A stretch of 64,000 nucleotides of DNA from Anthoceros angustus (taxonomy: Eukaryota > Plantae > Anthocerotophyta). A model generated the notes under the pieces. It was not told the origin of the DNA, ran no database searches, and saw only the letters and a list, made by a program, of their open reading frames with translations. Positions 39,871 through 53,009 of the stretch are shown in pieces. Made by a program: the position numbers and the translations under genes. The number at the start of each line of letters is the position of its first letter. Positions within the stretch are counted from its first letter, which is position 1. The stretch spans positions 124,001-188,000 of the forward strand of contig MU008171.1 of NCBI GenBank assembly GCA_010909165.1, written 5' to 3'.

Positions 39871-40879
39871 TGCGAATTTGGTGACTATATATGTCTACGA
39901 GTGATAAGTGTGGTCATCGTTGATTAGGTCCCACTTGTTATAATGAGGAGTTGAGACATAAGGGGCGATGAGGTGGCAACTTTGAATGGCGACGGTGCGC
40001 ATGGCGTCACGCGCATCGCATGCGCGTCGGAGACATGGCCTATTACTTCGCGCGACCGTCACCGCGTGTTACTTCCACTTGCATCTTTTCAATCACACCT
40101 TGCGGTTGCAACTGCTTTGTCTCGGTCGCTCGCTCGCTCGACTTTCGCGTTACAAAGATGGTGTGGGACGTGGACTTGAGGATTTGGCCGAGGCTGTCCG
40201 CCTAAGTCGGCACCGACTTCAACTCGCCGTGACACACCCGCTGAAGATGGCGCCGGCATCAAAGGAGGGCGCCCCGCCGTCTGCAGGCGGCAATGGCGAT
40301 TATGGCGGCCGGTGGTGGCAAGCAAAGTGAAAGGGACCAGGCGGGGTCATGGAAGTGTCACCCCCGGGGAAACGGCGGCCGGAGGTGGAAACGGTGGGTG
40401 GACCCATAGAGGCCGGCCCATCCGAGACAGGGAGAGGGCGTGGCGGAGGGTGGCACAGTGACAACAGACTGGGAGCGCCACCATGAAGATGGGCAAGTGT
40501 CCCTTCCAAGGTTGCGAGGAGGGTGATGGCGATGCCAAGTTGCCCCCTGCCGAGGGTGGGGGGATGGGAAGATGCTTCCCACCATCAACCCCTCGCTGGG
40601 AGGGGAGCGACCCGCCTCCTATGGGCGGCTGGCTGCTCCAGGGGTTTTTGGTCCTCCGAGTGGGAGGTGGCCCTTCCCGGAGCAGTGGCTGGTCCTGGGA
40701 TGAGCGAACATCGGTCCCCCGCCCTTGTGGCATGGATGCCCCAGTGCGCGCCCACTGGGCCGCCCATCCCGCCTCCCGAGAAGGTGGACCACTTGCCTAT
40801 GCCGACTGCGAGCAATGAGCGAGGTGCACGCGAGCCAAGGGAGGAAGGGCATGCTCGACCTCCACCGTGAAGAACATGG

Positions 40880-41650
40880 ATGTGGGAGATGAGGACAGGG
40901 TTGAGGGGCAAGCCGAGGCCGAGACCGACTCGAGGCGGATGGAAATGGCGAGGACGAGGACAATGCGAGGATGAGGCCGAGGTGGGTGACATGGAAGAAC
41001 GGGTGACAGACGACGCCCCCACCACCGCAACTCCGGCAGAGATAGGAGAACTCACCACCTGGCCGAAGCAACTCGACGACGCCATTGTCAGACAGTGTGC
41101 TCCACGGCGGGAGGAGTGTTTATTGTCACCACTGTGCGATGGAGGTTGGGTCGAAATGAGGATCAGCGCGGTGGAGGATGAAGAAGGACTGCTGAGGAGG
41201 GCCTTCCATCGCGTCTTGGAGCTAGTGTGCGAAGATGACGTTGATGGTGCCGACAAGCCATGACGAGAGTCCGAGGGAGAGGGTGAGTATGGTAGAGATT
41301 GAGTTTCCGCATCGACCGGGATGAGATTGTGGCGAGGTTTGCGGTGTGCATCACGGAACCACAACGTAGGGAAGAAGGTGAGGCAAGCATTGATATGGAG
41401 GGAGAAGGGTAAGGATGCGAAATGGCTCCATCCGCCGAATGTCACAACGAAGGCATGGAGGAAGGCCGTGGAGGTGGGGTGGTGACGTTGCACAAGAATG
41501 GGGGTGTGGCCAACACCTCGAAGCCGCAACGCCCGCAAGGCCGGCAAGCATGATCAAGGGACCAATCCCTTTGGTCCACTAGGGCGAAAGATTTTGAAAG
41601 GAAGTTCGTGCAACGGGTGGGGAGGGAGCCAGAGGAGCTGGTGGGCAGCG
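40880..41650 (+). pseudogene. Possible degenerate TnpA/Transposase_24-like segment
   Basis: PPNVTTKAWRKAVEVGW…RSRNARKAGKHDQG loosely resembles the En/Spm second-ORF motif; weak match. Confidence 0.3.
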
Positions 41651-43285
41651 AGGAATGGCTTGGAGAACATGCCGAGTATTGGAGAGGTAAGGGAAAAGGC
41701 ATGGCGCGTGAGAGGGCAAGTGGGCGAGGCAACGCTTGTGGATGTGATCACCGAGTGGCATGTGCGGATGCTTGGAGACGGAATGCAAGAGGGAAGCAAT
41801 GGATGAGGCGAGGACAAGACACATGCAAAGTGCGAAGAGGGTGGGGGGACAACGAGGGAGAGGGAGGGAAGATGCTGGGCATGGAAGAAGGGGGACAATG
41901 GTGGAAGTGGTGGCACCGACACGGAGGATCACACGAGCGTGTCGAAAAGTGTAAGTGCAAATGTGTAACATGTCATGCAAATGGCATGCAATGGGCGAAA
42001 TAATCATCACTGCGGCTTTGTTGCAGCCATGGTGGTCGAAAAAGAAGGAAGCTGTGGAAGGATGTGGGAAACGCAGCCTGTGAGGCGTGAGGGAAGAGAA
42101 AGCGGGCACCAAGCATGACACCAACAAGCAAAGGAAGAAAGCGGGTTCTACACGGAAGAAGAAGAAGAATCCTCCGAGGACAACCAATGAGTGTAGGGGT
42201 GTCGCAAGAAGCCTAAGTAGCATAGGATTTAGTTTTATGTAGGAAGAAAGTGAGGGCTTCGATGAGTTAGCCGCCATCTAGATGAATGTGGTTCAGAGCG
42301 CAGGTGATGTGAAGGCGAAAAGGGAGAAGCTTGGCTGCCCCGAATCGATGACTCGAATGCATAATTGTGACATTGCGCTTTGTGACACAAGCGAATTGGT
42401 AGGTGTGGGTTGCACGATTGCTAGGTTTCTGCATGTGTGAAAAGACGACTGTGCACGGTTGGGGAAACGACGACGCCATTGCTCATGGGTACCGGACAAA
42501 AGCATGGGATTAGTCCTCATGTACCACCCTTTCCCAATTCGTGACATCAAGGTATGTATGTATAAAGGAACCTAGTTGTCCATGCACTCGGGAGTGGAGG
42601 AGGATGGTGACGAACAAGCGGTCGCGCGTGTTCAAGCCTAAGTCAAACGATTTTGCAACAAAGAACAAGAGGTAACGGCACAAGAATGTGCGATATCCAT
42701 GTCGGAAATAAAAATCCAGATAATCCGTGTTCATGTACAAATACCTACCTACAAGTAGGTACCGACGTATGAAGGTAAATCCAGATTCTACAAGTAGGTA
42801 CCGACGTATGAAGGTAATGTGTATTCTATCTCTACCGATATCGTGCAAAAGCCATAAACAAATAGTATACAAGCCAATAATAGCTATGGTAAGCCATAAA
42901 CAATTAGTATACAAGCCAATAATAGCTATGGTAGGAAAAAGGTTGATATAGGAATTATGGTGTGGTAGAGGAAGGAGACAATGAGAGACAATGAGAGATT
43001 AATGAGCATGTTAGTGTGATATCCGTTTGGGCGCCATTAACAATAGTTGTGAAGAGAGAGTGCAATGAAGAGCAATAGGAAAAACATTAACTAATTGTAC
43101 TTCCAATGGGGTGTAATAAAAGAGGGGACTGATAGAGAAGAGAGAGAGGGTCCTTGTACCATGTTGCATTTGCATGAGGGAATTCATAAACAATGCGTAT
43201 GAGAGGGGATGTAGTTAAGAGGGTGAAGTGGTAGGAGAGAGAGCAAGGTTCGTGTTAAGGCCCAATGCGGAAAGAAATGACAAAC

Positions 43286-46200
43286 TTAATACCAAGCCTC
43301 CAAATGATGTTGCAAGTTACAAGTGTAACATAAAATTGCAACAACGACTGTAACATAGGGGGCCATTTCTAGTAGGGATACAACCCAGGGCTCACGATTC
43401 GGCATGACGTCCTTGTGAGCGAAAACCTGTGTGACATGTGCAGGAAATGTATAAGGCCCCATCTTGTGATTGCGGGCATACCGGTAGGGCTGCCTCGTGT
43501 CGACTGCCCAGAACCCGCAAAAATCTCTCTCCATACTCGGTGAAACCCTGGTTAGGGAGCATTCGTACCAGTGCACATTAAGGACAATGGTACTGAAATT
43601 GCCTTCCTCGCACGATACAACCAGGATCTCAATAATTCTTCCAAAGAATTCGGCCTTCTCAATTGAGCCCACCATGTCAAATTCGCCATGTACCCAACTG
43701 TCCTGTGTCGAAGTTTTGTTCTCATGAACGCTCGGAAGTGATAACAGGTTCAGCCCCTATATGCCTTCGGTTTTCCCCGCCGAAGGCTGCACGGATGTCG
43801 GAATGAATGGGACCCATTGCCCACTTCCCCTTCTCACACCATCCGCAACCATGTCGAAAGTCCTCATCTGTCCGTAATGCATGCTCCGCCTCAATGGCGA
43901 TAAAACTTGAATGTCAGAATAAATACCAAAATGCCTTCGAGCATCCACCCCAAGCTTTACCGTCTCGCCTTGCCCGATGGTGTGGTCTACTTCCTCGAAA
44001 ACTGTGAACTACCTCGGACACATGTGCTTGGCCTTGGTTTCCATCCATAAACTCCGAGGCATAGTGCATAGCCTCCATGGCCGATATCCTGCTGCAGAAC
44101 CCTCGGGTTTGGCGCTTGTTTTAAGCACAAGTAGGTACCGCCCATCGGGTACATCCACCGCGTATCGGGCCATGTGTTTCCACTTCATCCACAAGATGGA
44201 TAATGAGGTGTTGCATAACATTCCGAATGTCAAGGCATGAACCGCTCTAGCTTGATGAAGATGTCGATAACCTCGCCTTTTCGCCGGGATATCGGACACA
44301 TAAATCTCTTTGCCACATATCCATCTTTACAAACACGCCAATCGGTGATGACATTTAACTCGTGGTGGGAGCCTCGCAATGCTATGGGCAAGTAGCGCAT
44401 CAAACAATGCCAATCGTGACTTTTCATGCCAAGAACCTTGGGACCGGTAAAACATCCTTTCAAATTTGCACAAAGCGCTTGGCGCTTCATGTCGCAAATC
44501 TCATCCTTCCCCGAAGTCCGTGGTGAAAGGACGACGGCGGTGGCGATGGCGTGTTGAATCTCTCCTCCTCAACCACCCACACCCATGGCTTACATCACTC
44601 TTCCATATCAAACTGTGGATGGTGTCGCCTAACCCACTTAATGTGCCCCAAATAGCTTTGCGCTTGTTGGCCTCCACATAATAACGTCTTTGACCCACTT
44701 ATGGGTATGGGTGAGATAAGGCAATGAACGCAAAATGAGGGAGTGTCGTTTCACGCCCATGTCGTCGGGCCGCTCATGGCGGAGGCGCCCATGACTCCAT
44801 CTCGGCCATGACATACATCAGGCAGGGCACGGCAACTGATTGTTGAATGCCTCAATATGCATCCTACGGCGCGGGTCGTTCGGAGAAGGGCACCATCGTC
44901 GACAGCCTTCGTACAGGCACTTCTCCAATTCCTGAGACCATCTTGCACCTAGCTGAAGCCCACAATCAATGCAGGCAGCTTTCCCGCGTACTTGCAAGCC
45001 GAAAAGCGAACCCAATCCGGGGTAGTCGCAAGTTGCCACAACCAATGCTGCCCGCAGATTGAATATCCGGTGTACATCGCCCAGCTGGAAAAATCCTCAC
45101 AAACTGCAGTCCCATAAGCTGCGCAATTCGGAGATTAGAGGTGCGGTAGATGTCCATATTTGGTACTTGGCGAGGCCACGGAATAATGGTTGATAGGATA
45201 ATGCGGTGTTTCTTTTGAAACCGGTGGGAGATTCATGACAAGCATCAGCGCGATAGACTTGGAATTAGACCGTGCTAGGGTTCATGCCATCGGTGGAAAT
45301 GCTAAGCCTCACATTTTGGTCATCCGCAAAATCTCCAACGGAGTCCAAAGTTCTCCGGCGGTGTGTCCCCAAGATCCTCATTTTCCCATCCTCGCGATTC
45401 CTAGCCCACCATGTCATGTCCCGTGCTAGCTTGGGACAAAAAATGCGCCTCAGCGCCAATTAATGGAAAGTACCAAAACTTTTCCTCGGGCGGCAAGCTC
45501 CTTCCAATACACTCGTGTCGTGTCTGAGGGCGATGGCGAAACTAAGCGTCTTGATGTGCATGTATGCTACGGTCTTTGGGACAGAGGCGATCCGAACACG
45601 TGATCGTGACACTTGGAGCAATAGTTTATTCGCCTCTTGCCGACTTAGCGGTAGAGTGTTTGGAGATGGCAACAAAGATGTGATGACACTGGAAAATTCG
45701 GACATTGCAGTCGAGATATTGTAACACTCTTGCACTTGAAGGAGCGCCGTGGTTGATGATAAGGTGCTTTGGTCACTCGGGGCCGTGCACGTCATATAAC
45801 GGCCTCTCCGATTCCTTACGCAAGGCATCATGCCATTCGTCGGCAAGGGCGAAGCAGTTGTGCATAGCTTCTACTCCTCCGGGCTCATGAGCATCATCGC
45901 AATATCCATTTCGGCCTTGCGATGTCATCTTGATCGATCTTCACATGTCGGGTCAGCGTGGGCCTCTTCACCATTCCGTAAGCTTGCACCGCGGACGTCG
46001 GCCGGTGGAGCTGGTCGACGTGGTGCTGACTAAGCGGAAAGTGACCACTCCAGAGGCTCTGCGGAACAATTTGCGGTGGCGAGAACCGTCATCTAGAGGT
46101 GAGTGAAATGGAAGGGCGCCATGGTACTGAATTCGTTGTGGGAGATTGTGATGTCGGGCATGCCTCACGCAATATCGAATCGCCGCAGTGCGGTTGAAGG

Positions 46201-46960
46201 GCGGCAATCCGACACGGACGAATCTTTGGGATTTGTCGATTCCTCGCGGTCTTACCATTTCAAGCGCACTTTGGCAGCGGTGCAACCCGAAATGTTTGAG
46301 TGATGTGTGCGGTAGCGGATGTGGCGGATAGCGAGGATGTCTTGCTCCTAGTCCTTACGCCCAAGTGTGAATGGTCACATCGAAAACCGGATCTTGACGA
46401 CGGTAGATTACGCTTGTGTGGAACCGGCTTCTTCCTACCCATCGGACATGGTTTACGCTCGAGTTAGTGTCCGAGTACATAGGACCTCGCCCAATGCGAA
46501 AAGCTCTTGCTCCAATCCCCATCTGTTCCTTCTTGGCGATAGGCCCTTTCAGATCATCTCTGTTCGTCCAGTCGATTCAGGTGGTTTGGAATGGCACCCG
46601 GTGACAGTAGTGAGGGGGCAAGCTTGGCAATCGAAGGCATGAATTCGGCTTCGGGTGTCGCCGCCCACAGCAGCGGAGATGGGGATGAGCCGCTCGCCGA
46701 TCTGCCCAACCTTGCTCCTGCGTCCGTGGCATCTGGGGGAGGTTCACCGCAGTCTGGAGGGCGTTCTGTCACCGAAGAAACACAACATTGGAAGTGGCGA
46801 GACCTGTGGCACGAAGAGGAAGCTTCGGTGTTGCGCGGCATGGACCAGAGCCTATCTGGAGCTGGGAGCATTCACCAGACCTCCCTTGCGGGGATTATGT
46901 GTGTGCCAAAGCATATCGGTGCAGACGGTGGACACCACAATTTGGACCCCGGGGCATGGT
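43286..46960 (-). pseudogene. Main CACTA TnpD transposase (Transposase_21 / DUF4218 / DUF4216 order), frameshifted
   Basis: FADDQNVRLSISTDGMNP, TCDYPGLG, GMKSHDWHCLMRYLPIALRG, FFGRIIEIL…VHWY…PYTFPAHVTQVF. Confidence 0.82.
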
Positions 46961-48497
46961 CATTGGGTGCTCTGGCGGGCGACTATGTTGAGTGGCCTAG
47001 AACGGAGTTTGTAATTGCCCGCTTTGGCGGTGGGGCGCGGCCCTCGCCCCACTCGTGAGATGCATCCAGGGCGTTGAATTGGTGGGTGGCATGTCTTGCA
47101 CTGCAATCTTGGCCGCGAGGCTGGGTGCTTACATCGTCGATATCATTGAAGAAATGCGATGTGACTCCCCTGCGCATTTTGTCGGTTGTGGTTGAGGTAG
47201 GCACCGGCAACTCTTTTCTTTGTCCCTTACCGCTTGGGAGCAAGTTTGACATTCTCTGTAGAGCGGGAACCGGGCGGACAGGACCACCCTCCCTCGGGCA
47301 CCCAGGTGATGATCTGCGAGTTGAAATCGATATGCAATTCGAGGAGCGACTCATACATGGGCGAGCAAGTTCGCGTCGCAGACGGTGGGGCCTCCTTGGG
47401 ATAGGCGCCGCTGAGCACATGGACGGGACCGAGGGGAGTCGAGATGTTCTATATGCAACTTGCCGCAAGTTGGGGACATTTCAATATTGAAGAAGGATCT
47501 CGACAATCATGTATCCGTTGTACGCAATGCGCCCTTTGTTTACAATCTGAGCATATGGTGTGCTACTCCAGTCCGATTCAACGAAGAAGGAGCTGCTCAA
47601 GTGCTTGGGCGTGCAATTTGATCGTCCGCTTGCCATTGCATTGGAGGAAGGGCCATTGTGGCGGGCAAGTCGTATGCTTTCAAATTTCAGCCTCGGTTTG
47701 GGCGGGTTGTGCAAGTCATTGTCATGGCCCCATTGATTGAGTTGGATTAAACCGTAACCGGACCCTCGCGTAATCGCGAACTCACAAACTTGTTCTTGTC
47801 GACTCCGTAGCGGATTGTTTTTTTGCCCGTAGATCAATGTTGGGGCCAGTGCCCAACCTGTGACCGTTGTTCAGTTTGAAGGACTTCCGATCTGACATTC
47901 CGGCTTCGGGCATTTTGTTGCCCGAATATCAGCCTGTGTGAGTCCAGGCAGATTGAGACTCAATTGGTTGGCGTCGCGCCTATTGAGGGGGAAGTGCAAT
48001 AAAGTGTTGCCACTTCACCTGTCCGCGAGACCCGAGACTATGTCTATGGTCCAATCGTTTCTCACGCTTGAGAATGCACGGACCACAAGTGAACCAGGTT
48101 CATCGCGACTGGCATGGTCCCTCCCGTTCGGTGTACATCGTCCAAGCTGGGGTTCATGCATGCTCCAGTCTGACTGAGATCCAGCGGCCTCGTTTGGGCC
48201 GGAAATGACATTTGGGAAAACCCGTGTCGCCCTTCGGGTCCGGGCATGTCCGAGCAGTGAGGCGGCCCTCACTGCGCCGCAATAAGGAAGGTGGCGGCAA
48301 ACCACCCACAAAGTGGACATGTGACCGGGCACCAGGCCGAAAAATGACGCTGGGACCGCGCGTCATTTACTCATCCGGTTACCAAGCATCCCGTGCACTG
48401 CTCGTCTACCGCTTGTGTCCAGATATGTCGGATTTATGACGGAAATCCGTTGACGTCATTTCTAGCTCGTCATAAATCCCAATGCATTGTAGTAGTG

Positions 48498-50100
48498 AAA
48501 GTAGAGTGGGCAGAAGAGAGAATATCAGAGGAGGAAGCAGCAGCCCGAGATGGAAAGGGGAGGTCAGGGGGAATGGAAGCTGGGGAGGAACGGAGCATGT
48601 GGGAGAATTGGGGAGCAAGTTCATGGGAGAAGGTAAATTTGGTTGAGAGACCATATGTGGAATGAAGGGGAGGAGGGGTGCCAGAAAAGGCACGGAGATC
48701 AAAATAGTCAGCAGCATTATCAAACTCCATACAGACGGAGTTGATGGTCCTCAGGTTGGAGATACGCGAAAGAAGCTGGACATCACCAATGGCATAGTCT
48801 AACCTGCTAAGGAGAGACCGTTGCTGCTAAAAAATGAATTACCCAAACTGTCGGGCCAATGGGGAAGTCCGTTGAAGATGACCATGTTGTGAGACTCAAC
48901 AAGGCGCAAAAGAGCAGCGCCATGGGAATTGACAGGATGGGAGTCGGAGGAGGTTCTGTTGAGGCCAAGGTCAATGGGGTCAAGCGGAGAAATCATGTCA
49001 AAATATGAAGCATAAAGAATGGCGGCCTTCTAACAAGCAGTTCAAGCATTGAAGTCTCCTGCGAGAAGGATGTATGCAGCAGGGGAAAACTTTGAAATAG
49101 ACATCAGCATATGGGTCGCGGCTGTGGGCATAAATGAAGGAACTCAGAGGAAAGTAACATGCACCCACATAAAGGTCACACGGAGAAGAGAAAAGGGCAC
49201 CAGCAAGTTGGATTCAAAGGATAGTGCTAAGCTCGTCATGCCAAACGAGAGAGATATAAGTCGCGAAGGCCTCACGAAAGTAGCATGCAATACCTACAAA
49301 AGCCTTAGAAGAGTTGTTGGAGACATGGTGTCTAAAGAAAAAGATACACTTGTATCCGGAGAAGGGCCGGAGAGGGCGAGTATGATGCTCATAAGTCTCA
49401 GACAAAAACACAATATCTCGGCATTCTCGGCCCGTGAGCATGTCGAACATACCGCCTAAGAGCCATTGCAGTTCCATTGCATTAACAGAGCCATTGTAGT
49501 TCCAAGAAGCCAGGCAGAGGGAACCAACACGGGCCCCGCACCCCTATGGGAGAGGAAATAAGCCACCATACCCTCATATTTGGCCTTCTTACAATCGATG
49601 AGCAGTTGCTTCTTCCGCTCCCATTACAAAGGGGTAAGGTCAGTGTTGACAAACACGTCCTGGCCCTTCAATTTAGTACATGCCCGCAACACACGTAAAA
49701 CCGGTAAAACCGGACAATATAAGTTGGAGGACGAGATTGGTCCTTAGCCACTCTCCAAGCATGTTGAAACCGGACATTAACCTTGATAATATCCTCAAAA
49801 AAGTCTTTACTGCTGTGTTCGGTGCAGTGCCGGAAATCCCTGTAATACGGAGGTCCTGAGATCACTTATTACGATCGCGAGACTCCGAAATAGTAGCACT
49901 AACAACGGCAGAGTTTGTTGCATACACGACAGCAGCATATGAGTGGGCAGGGCCGACAATGGGCCTATCCTGCAATTCCTAAAGGGCCTCATCACTTTTG
50001 GACAAGCCTACACCAATAGAGGTCAATTTGTCTTTGATAATAGTCTCCACCTTCTCCATAAGATCAAGAAGGTCAGCCATTAGGTTTTGAGATCAGACTA
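48498..50100 (-). mobile_element. 5' part of the same LINE: ORF1 remnant and AP endonuclease
   Basis: DIVFLSETY, ILLAGDFNA, VNSHG..LL…IFNG, DYAI; ORF1-like ATG at 50080. The frame rejoins the 3' part across the CACTA site (…SAHSTFPLKFYH…HPWFD). Confidence 0.82.
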
Positions 50101-50489
50101 GCCACAAGTATAAACACCACCATGCTGTAATGGCAGCCAACTCACTAATCAATTTAAGCTCTCAGCAATTATATGTATTCAACTTTCCTGGGCACTGAAT
50201 TGTACTAGTTACTGGGATGGGATAGCCTTGTGAAATGGTTTAATTTAAGGATGGTTAACGTCATCCTGGATGTCTACATTATTTCAAGATTTACTGGATT
50301 TGAGCTCCCTTCCATGTACCGGGCATGCTGGACTCTCTAGCTGGATTGTGTACGCAAAGTTGACACCTGCAGGATGCTACCCAGCTGCGAAGCATCCTTC
50401 AGGCTTATACCTTCTCCAACTGGTGGCCATCCACTTGTTTCTCTTCCTCTTGTTTCTGATCATGAGTCATGGATGTTTGGTTGTGGCAA

Positions 50490-51420
50490 CGAAGTAAACA
50501 GGTTGACTAGAAGCCTTGATGAACTGAACATCATTTACAGCTTGTATCCTTGTACATACTCCAGTTTCCTAGCTTGGTTACTAGTGGATATTGGGTCATG
50601 GTCACTATGCTGTGCGCAATGCCATTGCCACGCGCGCATGCATGCAGGCACCAAGATCACACACCCCAACACCATCAAGCAGGCCGCTAGCGCTGTCGCA
50701 ATCGTTCAGGCCTTCCCCGACTTCATCAGAGAAGCTGTGCACAAAACGCCCCCGGAGAATCTGGCAGCCAGTCTCATCTGGGACACATGATCCTTCCCCT
50801 TCTCCTCGGAGATGAAGAATGGCGTGACGGTGGCCGGAGATGCCTCCCACCCCATGGCATGGCATGGCATGGAAAAGGAGAAGTTCGCGTATGCTCAGGA
50901 GTTGCATTGCAGAAGAGCTTTTAAACGAAACAGCTGGAGGCAGACGTTGCAGCGTGCAGCAGTTGATGTACCCATTCCTTGAGTATTCCTCAAGGAATCC
51001 AAAAAAGATGGCAGATGGCAGATGTGGGTGGACATGTCTGAAGGCGGGAGCTTGAGCAGTATGTTGGTGATAATTTGCTCAGGCAAGGCCAGCAGCCAGG
51101 AAAAGCCATTCCAAGTGCAGAGGGGGACCTGGCCGATCTGCGATAAGGGCACTCCAGGTGGCCAGATCTCTTTTGTGCATCAACCATGCTCCCAGTCTAG
51201 ATAGACTTCCCATACATATTTATCAAACTGTGGGCTACAAGAAGCTGAGAGTGAAGCCCTTGTTCTTGAATCTGCGCCTGCAGCTACCTGCCCAAATGCA
51301 AAGCTGCCACAAACTGTGGGCCACAAAGAGCTGAGAGTGAAGCTCTTGTTTTTCAATCTAAGCCTGCAGCTCCCTGCCCAAATGCAAAGCTGACGCTTTC
51401 CCACTATACCCAAATGCAAA
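50490..51420 (-). pseudogene. PPR-fragment / F-box-like remnant, copy 1
   Basis: PPR-like …DLATWSALIAD followed by LALPEQIITNILLKLPPS; homologous to 54766-55730. Confidence 0.55.
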
Positions 51421-51564
51421 GCTGGCGCTTTCACGGAATCGGTCATCCACACCCACCTCTTAAACCTCATAAAGACCACGGGATTTCTGGCAAGAAGACC
51501 ACTGGATTCCTGACCAGTGTCCTGGCCAGCGGGTGGAGGACAAAATGCATTTTGAATTTCAGTT

Positions 51565-51725
51565 GGGTAGGGGCCGCGCGAACGCGAGCCCCCGCTGCCA
51601 CAAATTATGACGTCTATTCTACCCGTAGGTAGATAGTGGAGCCACCCCGGCCGTAGTGCAATGGCGGAGATGTCACCAGGTCATCGGCCTTCATGATCAC
51701 CGATAGGCCCCGCCCAGGTAAGTAT
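51565..51725 (-). ncRNA. U1: U1 spliceosomal snRNA (copy 2)
   Basis: Same hallmarks as copy 1 with about 5 substitutions; TATA at 51748-51755 and USE-like element at 51786-51795. Confidence 0.96.
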
Positions 51726-53009
51726 GTTACTCAGCCTCCCTCACCACTTTACATACAGCAATCCTGGTCACTCTCACTAGCTCCACAATATGGGGTTTTA
51801 GACGAGATTCTAAATTGTGAGAATATGTTTGCTCGTTGCACGCCTTGATTCTCAGGGTCTCAGGGTCCGCCTTGATTCCTCGATTCGTCCAGCGGCAACT
51901 CGTAGCGAACAATGGAACTGGAGCTAATGACCATCACTTTGGGGGGAAGAAGAACTGAGCCCCACAGGCTTCACCACCATACTACAGCGAAAGCCAACAC
52001 CCGTGGAAAGTTAAACTTATTGCATGCTCTGAGTATTGAAGAATGAAGTCATCAATCAGTAGTGACTCCCGGGTACTCTACACTTACCCGATCCACGATC
52101 ACAGATATGTACCCATGAAGCTCTTTCCTGGGCACTGAAGTGTACTGAATTACTGGGATGGGGATAGCCTTGTGAAATGGTTTAATTTAAGGATGGTTAA
52201 CGTTGTTCAGATCCTGGATGTCTACATTATTTCAGCATTTTCTGGTTTTGAGCTCCCTTTCCATGTAATGGGCATGCTGGACTCTCTAGCTGGATTGTGA
52301 CTCGCTGTAAATGATGTTGCAGTTCTTCAAGGCTTCTAGCCAGCCTGTTTACTTCGCTGCCAGAAAAAAGTATCTATGACGCTTGATCAGAAACAAGAGA
52401 AACAAGTGCACGGCCACCAGTTGGAGAAGGTATAAGCCTGAAGGATGCTACCCAGCTGGGTGGCATCCTGCTGAAAGGATGGTCACTATGCTGTGGGCAA
52501 AGCCATTGCCGCGCGTGCATGCATGCAGGCAACAAGATCACACCCCAACACCACCAACCAGGCACAGAAGGGCAGCATTTCCCATGTGCATAGAGTAGCC
52601 ACTCGTTCGTTTGGGCTTGCAGAATTGAAAGGGGACGGGTGCGCAGAATCGAAGCAACTACACTATGCAATAATAATTTGGATCGCCTTGTGGAATCGAA
52701 GCCGAAATGGTTGAAGTACAAGCAGGCTTTTAGGTCCTTCCTTAGCCTACACGACGCTCAAGCTTCTCCAGGAATCCAATCACCCAATCGTGATGTTTTA
52801 CCGGGTATATGTATATAGTAATGGCTGGTTATGGCAGTGAGGTCTGCTCTACAAGTATGAGAAGAGAATTTTATGGCATGACACAAGCTGCAAGGATCAA
52901 GGATACCGGCAGCCATAGTCTCATGCTCAGGCAAGAGTAACCAGCTTGCTTCGTCAACTCAAGTCTAACTTAAACATCCAAGTGAAATCTTACGTGCTAG
53001 TGTGGAGAG

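Larger units (their letters stand above)
21835..48497. mobile_element. CACTA (En/Spm) DNA transposon, 26,663 bp, internally rearranged
   Basis: Left end CACTACTACAATGCATCAGGATTTATGACG and right end CGTCATAAATCCCAATGCATTGTAGTAGTG form a 28/30 TIR. AAA TSD at 21832-21834 and 48498-48500; several TnpD fragments inside. Confidence 0.93.

Noticed and set aside
40585-42277. Long Pro/Ser-rich minus-strand ORFs
   Set aside because: Explained by GC and purine skew within the transposon; no domain recognised.
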